Shown here: positions 56,395-64,000 of the stretch, one piece after another
Numbering within the stretch: position 1 is the first letter of the stretch
Layout: each line of letters begins with the position of its first letter
Origin: Candidatus Pyrohabitans jungbluthii
Lineage (GTDB): Archaea; Hydrothermarchaeota; Hydrothermarchaeia; Hydrothermarchaeales; BMS3B
Direction of reading: 5' to 3'
DNA: 64,000 nt
Assembly (NCBI GenBank): GCA_002010065.2
Contig: MTMD02000002.1
Location: 288,001 to 352,000, forward strand
Position numbers and translations under genes: made by a program
Notes under the pieces: generated by a model
What the model saw: the letters and a program-made list of their open reading frames with translations, nothing else
What the model was told of the DNA's origin: nothing
The model's database searches: none

Positions 56395-57618
56395 CTATTC
56401 TGAAATTGCACTCCTGTGTCTTACTTTTGCCCGATTTATGGCGAGTATCAATCCTCCTGCCATCAACCAGGCGAGGACCAGGCTCAACGCGTCCAGTCTT
56501 ACGCCTGCGAGGGAGAGGACCGGCAAGAACAGACATGCGGCGAAGACGGTCTGCGACAAGCTCTGGGGTTTAAACATCTTTATGTAAGCCATATTCGTGC
56601 TTATCAACATAAGAACGAAGAAGAAGCTGGATATCTGAGCAAGCATCCCCACGCTCGGAAAGCCGAACATAATACCAGCTAAGAGCACGCTCGCTAAGGT
56701 GGTGCTGATCTTGAAGTCAACTAGGGACATCGGCAGAATACCGTCGCCTGCCATGGCACTCATTATGCGCGAGATTACCAGTATCTGTGCATTGATTACC
56801 GACATTGAGCCCAACAGAACCCCAGCAGCAACGATATAGCTGCCCTTTAAACCCAGCAGGTATTGCGCCACCTCCGCCAGAGGAATTAAACTGCCCGCCA
56901 GCTCAGCTGGCTTTTGCGTTGCAAGGGCAACAGTGGTTACAGCAGTGTATACAAAAATCGCAATGAGCAGTGTGGCAAGCATCGCCATGGGTAAAGTTCG
57001 TTTTGGATTTCTAACCTCCCCCGCCATACTACCAACAACCTCAAAGCCGGCGAAAAGGGTAAACGTCAACAGCGAACCTTGGAGCAGCATCTTTGGGGGA
57101 GGAAGCTCTACCTGCTGAGGCAGTACTTTCCCCTGCAGAAATCCGCTCAGAATGACTAGCGACACTATCGATAAGGTCGCGGCGGTGAACACCTTCTGCA
57201 CAAAAACAACCGAACGTATGCCTATTAGGTTAAGTAGGAGGTAGAAACAGATCACCGCTAAGCCTGCCCATAAACGTGAGGTGGGGATGAAAATCCCAAG
57301 ATAGTCCGCAAAGCCTAAGGCGACAAAGGCTCCCGCAGCCGCCGCTGAGAGGCAAAAACTCCAGCCTATGAAGAAGCCTCCTGCAGTGCCGAAGGCACGC
57401 TTGACAAACACATATAGTCCGCCGGTGCTGGGGAAAGTGCTCGCTAGCCTTGCGTGGGCGAGCACCGAAAATAAAAGGCTAAACCCGGTGAAAATGAACG
57501 CCAGAGGGGCGAGAGAGCCAGCAGTCCCTGCCAGCGGCGCGATTACGGTGAAGATTCCAGGACCTATGGTTGCACCTACCCCAATGGCAAGCGCATCGCG
57601 CAGCGTTAGAACCCGCAT
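56395..57618 (-). CDS. APC-family amino acid permease
   Basis: GATIGPGIF, PSTGGLY, FAGFE...GEVRNPKRTLP. Confidence 0.9.
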   Translation of the reverse strand: MRVLTLRDALAIGVGATIGPGIFTVIAPLAGTAGSLAPLAFIFTGFSLLFSVLAHARLASTFPSTGGLYVFVKRAFGTAGGFFIGWSFCLSAAAAGAFVALGFADYLGIFIPTSRLWAGLAVICFYLLLNLIGIRSVVFVQKVFTAATLSIVSLVILSGFLQGKVLPQQVELPPPKMLLQGSLLTFTLFAGFEVVGSMAGEVRNPKRTLPMAMLATLLIAIFVYTAVTTVALATQKPAELAGSLIPLAEVAQYLLGLKGSYIVAAGVLLGSMSVINAQILVISRIMSAMAGDGILPMSLVDFKISTTLASVLLAGIMFGFPSVGMLAQISSFFFVLMLISTNMAYIKMFKPQSLSQTVFAACLFLPVLSLAGVRLDALSLVLAWLMAGGLILAINRAKVRHRSAISE

Positions 57619-57641
57619 GTACTCAGAAATGGCTATTCCTC

Positions 57642-57914
57642 CTATAACCTTTCAATTATCCCCGCCTTCTCCAATCTCTTTCTGTAGTATGCAGCAGAAT
57701 TTTCACTTCTAAACCCCAGGATTTCTTTCAGCTTAGAGTCTTTTAGCCTCCCATCCTTCATCAGAGCAAGAAGCGCCCTAACTTCTTTCTCATTCAGCCG
57801 GGGGCTGAGATCTTTAACAATTCTGTTATTTTGAGTCAATGACGCGCCCTCCCTCTTGAGGATTCTAACCCTACTTGCTAACTTTCCAGCCCCATAATAT
57901 AAATATTCCCTCAC
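57642..57914 (-). pseudogene. Lrp/AsnC-like HTH fragment, probably truncated
   Basis: L..LMKDGR...YYRKRLEKAGII then stop; no effector domain. Confidence 0.45.
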
Positions 57915-57998
57915 TCGAGGGATTATCGACTAAATCCCCTAATATAGACATTTTTGCTTTTTTTCTCTTAGCTTGTGTCAGAGTTGTTACGGGAACTT

Positions 57999-58880
57999 TC
58001 ACCTCTCTGATTCTGCCAAATATACTCCTGCAACTATCAATGCGGCATTGCCTATCATAAACAAGGTTACTTCTTCTTTTAAGAAAAAATATGCGAATAT
58101 TACAGTGAATACAGGAATCAAAAAGATGAAAAAACTCGCTTTAGAAGCGTCCATCCTCTTAAGCGCTTCGAACCAGAACAGGAAGCCGATGACCGTCGGA
58201 ACCACCGCAAGGGCTAGGATGATGCCCCACATATAACTGCTGAGATTTATCAGCGCGTTAATCGGTTCCACGAAGGGTGTGAAGATGAGCAAAAATATGG
58301 AGCCGATAGCAGTGCTCAGGCTGACTATGATGAGCGGCTCTCCATCTCTCAGGCCGATTTTCGAGAGGATTATGTAGAAGGCATAGCATATTGCCGAGAG
58401 AAGCATCAGGAAGTTTCCATACACGTAATCTGTGATTTCCATTAGAGAGGATAAATCGCCGTTAGTGGCGATCATCGCCGCTCCGGTTAAGGCGAGGGCT
58501 ACTCCGCCTGCCTTTCTCATACCCAGACTTTCCTTCAGAAATAATGCAGCCAGTGCTGCTGTGAACACAGGACTAGTGGTTTGTAGGACGCTGGATGCTG
58601 AGGCAGTGGTGTACTGCATCCCCACGTTTTGGAAGATATTCGGCAGAAAAATGCCCACCAGTCCTAAAGCCGAGAGCATCTTCAGATTCTTCCTGAGGTA
58701 AGCGGACACCTCACCTGGTCTATATCTCGAGTAAAGGATCGCCAAGAAGATAATGGAACCTATGAAGAAGCGCAATGCCGCCATGGTTACAGGGGGAATC
58801 TCTTTTAGTCCAACTTTTACAAGGATAAAAGATGAAGCCCAGGCAACTACTGCTGTGAGTATTAAAAGAATTGGCGACAT
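57999..58880 (-). CDS. EamA/DMT-family transporter
   Basis: WASSF...K.GL..IPP...AALRF; two five-TM repeats. Confidence 0.9.
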   Translation of the reverse strand: MSPILLILTAVVAWASSFILVKVGLKEIPPVTMAALRFFIGSIIFLAILYSRYRPGEVSAYLRKNLKMLSALGLVGIFLPNIFQNVGMQYTTASASSVLQTTSPVFTAALAALFLKESLGMRKAGGVALALTGAAMIATNGDLSSLMEITDYVYGNFLMLLSAICYAFYIILSKIGLRDGEPLIIVSLSTAIGSIFLLIFTPFVEPINALINLSSYMWGIILALAVVPTVIGFLFWFEALKRMDASKASFFIFLIPVFTVIFAYFFLKEEVTLFMIGNAALIVAGVYLAESER

Positions 58881-59235
58881 TATTAAGACCCTTATAAGGA
58901 TATTACTTAAGATAGCTCATAACACACCATCTACTGCTTCCCTTACCTGCTAAATTTTACACTATATAAATATTACCTCAAAATAACTCTGACTAAGAAT
59001 TCGCATCCTTACTGCTGTTTTTGCAAAAATACATATTTTTAGTAATAAAATATTTAGATTTTGATTTTATTTTTTTATTATAAAATTACATGCCAAAAAA
59101 TGCATCGTTTTTAAATCATGGACGGTTTTGGACAATTATGTACCCTTCTGTGTAGTTTGTTGTTTTATCTCCTGCATGGTTGTCTCGGCAAATTATACTC
59201 GCCTCTGCGGAAAGGTATATGCCGAGGTGATTGAA

Positions 59236-59637
59236 ATGAAAAAGAGCGCAAAAATTGCAATCGCTGGTTTGGCGGTGCTTCTGCTGGTGGGAGGCGTCGC
59301 CTACGCCCACTGGGGCTTCCCTGGCGGTGGGTACGCAGCCCCAGGGTGGGGCTATGGAATGGGCATGATGGGCCCTGGAATGATGGGGTATGGAGGCTAC
59401 CCTGCCTGGGGCTACGGCTATGGCTTCGGAAAGGAACTAACCGATGAGCAGCGGGCAGAGATACAGGAGAAGATTCAGGAACTTCAGGAGAAAGGAGCCT
59501 ACCCGTGGGAGATTCGCACAGAGGTATTCAAGCTGTTACAGAAGTTCGGCGTGATAGACAATGAGACAACCCCAGTGCCAGGCTATGGATTTGCCCCAGG
59601 CTTCTATGGCTGCCCGATGTGGGGGTACGGCTGGTAA
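59236..59637 (+). CDS. Exported Gly/Tyr/Met/Trp-rich protein
   Basis: GAGGTGA RBS; signal peptide ending AYA; GWGYGMGMMGPGMMG. Confidence 0.65.
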   Translation: MKKSAKIAIAGLAVLLLVGGVAYAHWGFPGGGYAAPGWGYGMGMMGPGMMGYGGYPAWGYGYGFGKELTDEQRAEIQEKIQELQEKGAYPWEIRTEVFKLLQKFGVIDNETTPVPGYGFAPGFYGCPMWGYGW

Positions 59638-59704
59638 CCCCCCACATTTTTCTTATTTAGGAAAGAGTATTAAGTAGGTAGGAGAATATTAGTATGGTGA
59701 CAGG

Positions 59705-60055
59705 GTGATGAAGAAGTACCTCAGCTATATAGCCTTTGCAATTCTAGGACTCCTGTTACTCCTGACAATTCTATATGAGACTGGCTCCCCGTGGGGCGTG
59801 TGCCAGGCGTGGGGCAGCATCATAGCTCCCGGCAGCATGGCGGAGATGCACCGCAGGCACATGTTCGGCTACGGTTTCCGTGGATTTGGGCTCCTATTCT
59901 GGGTGCTCGTCTTCGCATTTATATACCTGCTGATAGCTGGGGACAGAAAGGAAGAGGAGAGCGCTATAGATATACTGAACAAGCGCCTCGCCAGGGGAGA
60001 GATCACAAAGGAAGAGTACATGGAGATGAAGAGGGAGATTCTGGGCAAGGACTAG
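59705..60055 (+). CDS. SHOCT-domain membrane protein
   Basis: AIDILNKRLARGEITKEEY. Confidence 0.8.
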   Translation: MMKKYLSYIAFAILGLLLLLTILYETGSPWGVCQAWGSIIAPGSMAEMHRRHMFGYGFRGFGLLFWVLVFAFIYLLIAGDRKEEESAIDILNKRLARGEITKEEYMEMKREILGKD

Positions 60056-60693
60056 GGCTCAAGTATGCGAACTTCTATGCTCTCATCCTTTTCTGCAACC
60101 AGCTTGCGGAAAAGCTCAGGGTCTGCGCTGGTCTGGGGGATATAGTTGTAATGCATGGGTATGACCACGCTTGGTTTTATAGCCAGCGCTGCTTCTGCAG
60201 CCTCACGCACATCCATGGTGTAGTGCCCACCCGCAGGTAGCAAAGCCACGTCCGCCTTTACGTTGCTCATCTCAGGTATAAAGTCGGTATCGCCCGCATG
60301 GTAAATACGCACGTCATTTATGCTCACCACCACACCTACACCTAAGCCGCGGGGGTGGAAGGGTTTTGCTTTGTTGTACGCCTCCACCGCCTCAACCTTA
60401 ATCTCGCCAATCTCGACGCTGTCTCCAGCCTTAATCACCCTCACATCACCAGAGCAGCGCCTTGCACAGCCCTGCGTTGTGATTATAACCGTCGATGTCT
60501 TCATTATCTTGCCTGCGTTCTCCACGGCGCAGTGGTCGAAGTGCTCGTGAGTCATAACTATTACATCCGCAGCTTCGGCACTGTCTGGTATAACGTATGG
60601 GTCTATGTAGACAATGCCTGCGTTGCCCTTCAGCTTGAAGCTTGCATGCCCGAACCAGGTTATCTCCACCCCTTTAAACTTGGTGGTGTTCAT
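60052..60693 (-). CDS. Metallo-beta-lactamase-fold hydrolase
   Basis: WFGHASF, THEHFDH, YHAGDT, IPMHY. Confidence 0.9.
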   Translation of the reverse strand: MNTTKFKGVEITWFGHASFKLKGNAGIVYIDPYVIPDSAEAADVIVMTHEHFDHCAVENAGKIMKTSTVIITTQGCARRCSGDVRVIKAGDSVEIGEIKVEAVEAYNKAKPFHPRGLGVGVVVSINDVRIYHAGDTDFIPEMSNVKADVALLPAGGHYTMDVREAAEAALAIKPSVVIPMHYNYIPQTSADPELFRKLVAEKDESIEVRILEP

Positions 60694-60803
60694 CCTATCA
60701 CCCCTTAATAAATACTCCGCTGGCGAAGGATAAGTAGTTTTTGTTATACCAGCCAGTGATTTCCAAACTTCAGCTTTATATACATGAAAGCACTAATAAT
60801 ATT

Positions 60804-61352
60804 ATGGAGAGGAGATTAATCAAACTACTGGTCCTCCTAATACTCCCTTTTGGCATAACTTTTTCCTTCTTGATTTTAAACTATGGCGGAAATGTCAGTC
60901 TGGGCCTCGATTACTTTTCTACCTACACCCAGCCATACTACAACATGCGGTTTATGGCAGCCACCGCTGTGGCGATAAGCAATTCCAACGCTGCAATTGA
61001 GAGGCTCAACCTCGCGATTGAGTACATTGAGAAGGGCATGCTAAGCCAGGCTTCACAGGAGGTTGAGGAAGCCGGGGAGTTTATCTCAGCCTTCGAGGAG
61101 GCTCTGCTAAAGGTGGAAGAGGAGATTTACAGCGAGGAGAGCAGGCAGGCGTACAGTTCAATGAGGGTGATGCTTGACGCACAGAAGGAGTGCTACTTGT
61201 ACCTCAAACAGATCCTGAGGAAGGCTCGTACAGGCGAGGATTACTCGGAGGAGATGAGGAGGTACAACCGCGCAGCGATGCGCTACATGGCACATGCAAG
61301 TGTAGTGTTTGAGTTCCAGAAGCACGCCACAGGTGTGGTGGTGGCCAAGTAG
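60804..61352 (+). CDS. Hypothetical membrane-anchored helical protein
   Basis: Open frame with an N-terminal TM segment; no motif recognised. Confidence 0.55.
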   Translation: MERRLIKLLVLLILPFGITFSFLILNYGGNVSLGLDYFSTYTQPYYNMRFMAATAVAISNSNAAIERLNLAIEYIEKGMLSQASQEVEEAGEFISAFEEALLKVEEEIYSEESRQAYSSMRVMLDAQKECYLYLKQILRKARTGEDYSEEMRRYNRAAMRYMAHASVVFEFQKHATGVVVAK

Positions 61353-61361
61353 ACACGGGGT

Positions 61362-62639
61362 CTAAACACCCGCCTTTGCAATAAAGTCCTCAAGCCTCGA
61401 CTGCCTTAAGATGGTGCTCCTCTTCAGGTACTCTCTGAGGGGGATTTTCAGCCTCGCCGCTAGGCTCTCAAGCGCCTCGCCCAGCGTGGTGAAGCGCTCG
61501 TAGGGGTTGCGAAACGCCTGCCTAACGTTTTCGCGCACCTCCCAGACGCCGACGGGCATTATGTAGCCCTCGTATATCTCACGGAAGACCACAACGCCCG
61601 CCTGACGCCGCATCTTTGCCAGAGCTTCGAGCACAGCAAAGCGCGCCGCGTAGTAGCCTCCACCCTCCTGCTCTGCATAGCTGCTGCGCCCGTGGTAGCC
61701 CTCGTGCTCTATATTAATCGCGGGCTTGTCAAGAGCTAGAGTCCAGAGCGTATTCGGCGCCCACGCTTCAAACTGCTCATACTCCCACCTTCTCGGCATT
61801 AGCAGAATCTCGAAGTGGTTGTCTAAGTATGTGTTGTGGTACACACGGTACTCGTTTATTACAGGATAGTTATGAATCTCCCTCATCAGTGCTTTGCCCA
61901 GAAGGTCGTCCACCGCGGTTATGCTCCAGCGCGTTGGCACCAGGCGGCGGCGCTCCTCGTAACCAAGAGCACCTGAGGACAGCACCCTCGTCAAGTAGTA
62001 CACATCATAACCCTCGCGGTAGAGCGTGGTTGCGGCGAAGCTTGCGCTCACCTCATCGCCTGCAAGGGCGTCGACCTTCTTTGGAATCTTCGGGTTCTCA
62101 GCCAGCGTCAGCTTCTTAAGGGGAGCCGTAGGGCCCAGAGGCTGAGTTAAAGGGGAGAAGCTTATCCCATAGCTGGGCCTGCGCTCAAATTGCACCTCTG
62201 TATCCGGGGCATTTACGGAGAGGGCAACCTCCTGGGCTTGTTCCACTATGCGCGAGCGCTCAGCTACGTGGTGCCTCACCTTTGAGCGCACCAGCAGGGA
62301 GCGCATCCTTATAATCTCGTCGAAGTCTAAGCCATACCACCTCGCCGGGTCATCGTATAGCTCGGGGCTCTCCTCGCTTACCGACGTGAGCGGACCCACG
62401 AAGACGTTGGGGTAACCCTTCCAGCCTACGAAGATGCTGGGCGAAGGGCCAAAGAGGCTTTCCTTCAGCTTCCTCTCAATTGGGCTCCTTATCTTAATCC
62501 GTGCCAGCAGCGGGCAGGAAGGGCGACCACACAGCAGCCTGCCCCCCTTGCAGGCTAAGCACAGCTCCCGCGACATTGGTCTAAGCTTGAGTATCGCCTT
62601 GACTATCTCGCAGCTGGGCTTCTTCTCCGCGAGGGGCAT
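61362..62639 (-). CDS. nreA: Archaeal Nre DNA repair protein
   Basis: CLACKG..LCG...CP; RRLVPTRWSITAVD; GVWEVRE; C-terminal PIP box QSRLEDF. Confidence 0.9.
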   Translation of the reverse strand: MPLAEKKPSCEIVKAILKLRPMSRELCLACKGGRLLCGRPSCPLLARIKIRSPIERKLKESLFGPSPSIFVGWKGYPNVFVGPLTSVSEESPELYDDPARWYGLDFDEIIRMRSLLVRSKVRHHVAERSRIVEQAQEVALSVNAPDTEVQFERRPSYGISFSPLTQPLGPTAPLKKLTLAENPKIPKKVDALAGDEVSASFAATTLYREGYDVYYLTRVLSSGALGYEERRRLVPTRWSITAVDDLLGKALMREIHNYPVINEYRVYHNTYLDNHFEILLMPRRWEYEQFEAWAPNTLWTLALDKPAINIEHEGYHGRSSYAEQEGGGYYAARFAVLEALAKMRRQAGVVVFREIYEGYIMPVGVWEVRENVRQAFRNPYERFTTLGEALESLAARLKIPLREYLKRSTILRQSRLEDFIAKAGV

Positions 62640-62670
62640 GGTAATTATATGTGCGTCTAGGTTAAAGAAG

Positions 62671-63039
62671 CTAACTCAAACTTCGAAGCTTCTTCAGCGA
62701 CTCTATGCTCCCCGACTTTTTGTAATATTCCTTCGCCTTCTCGCGGTTGCCCTTTTTAACGTAGAGGTCGCCGAGAAGGTTGTAAACCACCTCGTTCCCA
62801 TAGATGCCCAAGCTTAAGGCGTAGTCAAGCATCTCCTCAGCCCTGCGCAGGTTTCCCTGTCTCATCGCCTCTTCAGCCTGGGTGCAGTAGCTCATCTTCT
62901 TGCCATACTTCTTCTTCAGCCCCTCAAGCTCCTCCCGCGAGGCATGCTTCTTCAATAACTGCGTAACCTCTTCAGCGCTGAGCTTCTCCAGATCTATGCC
63001 GTACTTCTTTAAAAGCTCCTTCTCCTGCTTGGGAGTCAT
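62671..63039 (-). CDS. TPR-containing protein
   Basis: VYNLLGDLYVKKGNREKAKEYYKK. Confidence 0.65.
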   Translation of the reverse strand: MTPKQEKELLKKYGIDLEKLSAEEVTQLLKKHASREELEGLKKKYGKKMSYCTQAEEAMRQGNLRRAEEMLDYALSLGIYGNEVVYNLLGDLYVKKGNREKAKEYYKKSGSIESLKKLRSLS

Positions 63040-63076
63040 GAGAATGCGTGGGCGGCAATGGGATATAAGGCTTGCG

Positions 63077-63508
63077 CTAAAAGTTCCAAAGGTAGGGCTT
63101 CTTCACCCGCTCGCCAGCAAAGGCCACGCCCTCCGCACGAAGCAGCCTTCGCTTGACTTCGCCGCCGTAGGCATAGCCTCCCACGCGAAAGTCGCTCCTC
63201 ACCACGCGGTGACAGGGCACAATGATGGGGAAGGGGTTCTTTGCCATCACATTGCCCACGGCGCGGGCAGCGCCCGGGTAGCCTGCCGCCTTTGCAAGCG
63301 TTGCGTAGGTCGCAACTTTGCCGGGAGGTATCTCCCTCGCCTTTTCCATTACCGCCCTTTCAAAGGGTGTAAAGCCGGAAAGGTCGAGCTTCATGCTTCG
63401 CGGCAGCGCAGGAAGCACTTCTCTTGCTTCTCCGAGGATGGTGATGCGTTTGACAACACCCTGTTCTTGCATTACCTTCACTTTAAAGCCAGCGTAGGAG
63501 TAGAGCAT
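63077..63508 (-). CDS. ogt: Methylated-DNA-protein-cysteine methyltransferase
   Basis: IPPGKVATY, ARAVG, IIVPCHRVV. Confidence 0.93.
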   Translation of the reverse strand: MLYSYAGFKVKVMQEQGVVKRITILGEAREVLPALPRSMKLDLSGFTPFERAVMEKAREIPPGKVATYATLAKAAGYPGAARAVGNVMAKNPFPIIVPCHRVVRSDFRVGGYAYGGEVKRRLLRAEGVAFAGERVKKPYLWNF

Positions 63509-63602
63509 GCAACTGTCTCGCCTTTATATATTTTATTGCTTTCGTTTGCATTCTGAATGAAGGCATCTGTAGAGAATACTCGAGTAATACTGGAGGAATA
63601 CC

Positions 63603-63791
63603 ATGCCAAAGGTAACCGTTGATATACCCCAGGAGCTTTACGATGACATGATGGCGCATGTTGGCAGGGATAAGAAGTTTGTTAACGCGAGCGATGCAAT
63701 ACGCACGGCGATACGAAAAATGCTGGACCAGCTGGACGAAATAGACCGGCGGCGGGGCAGGCTGAAGGAGGTAAAAGAGTGCGAGGAGTAG
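63603..63791 (+). CDS. Ribbon-helix-helix (CopG/Arc) protein
   Basis: KVTVDIP...F.NASDAIRTAIR. Confidence 0.8.
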   Translation: MPKVTVDIPQELYDDMMAHVGRDKKFVNASDAIRTAIRKMLDQLDEIDRRRGRLKEVKECEE

Positions 63792-64000
63792 CGCTGCTCA
63801 GCTCCGGCATGGATTCGGTGGTTGCCACGGCGCTGGCGGTGAGAGAGGGAGAGGTTACGCTTGCGCTAACCTTCGACTACGGGCAGCGCGCAGCAGAGCG
63901 GGAGAAGGAGTACGCCGCCAGGGTGTGCGAGGCTTTGAAGATAGAGCACAGGGTGATTGCCCTGCCATGGCTAAAAGAGATAACCTACACCGCACTTGTC
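63779..64000 (+). CDS. queC: 7-cyano-7-deazaguanine synthase, N-terminal part (runs off the window)
   Basis: Manual translation VALLSSGMDS...ALTFDYGQRAAERE. Confidence 0.85.
   Translation, partial: MRGVALLSSGMDSVVATALAVREGEVTLALTFDYGQRAAEREKEYAARVCEALKIEHRVIALPWLKEITYTALV

Noticed and set aside
1-64000. CRISPR array, IS element, integrase, rRNA or tRNA
   Set aside because: No spaced direct repeats, transposase/recombinase motifs or RNA-gene signatures seen by eye

Overview
Archaeal, gene-dense chromosome segment of moderately high GC. Archaeal markers include rpl40e, GGGP synthase, archaeal pheS/pheT, class I CCA enzyme, Nre and GGTGA/GGAGG ribosome-binding sites. The gene set would fit an anaerobic respiring euryarchaeote such as Hydrothermarchaeota, but that is inference only. 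The left part (1-28 kb) mixes housekeeping genes with redox genes. These include HdrD-like CCG proteins, an hdrA-mvhD-hdrD-like-RuBisCO-like run, and a corrinoid/MtaA operon ending in two degenerate AAA+ proteins. A low-GC insert lies at 3.5-4.9 kb. The 26-56 kb part is an anaerobic-respiration region. It holds Moco and molybdate genes; a Tat-exported Psr/Arr/Arx-like molybdoenzyme with a diheme cytochrome instead of a membrane anchor; an AioX/ArrX-like sensing triad; and an acr3 relic absent from the ORF track. Beyond these lie a heme-c sensor kinase system and a napA-X-G-H-D operon that continues into a circularly permuted FrhB and an octaheme HAO-family cytochrome. No rRNA, tRNA, CRISPR array or transposase was recognised. 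All calls come from motif reading by eye; no database search was run.
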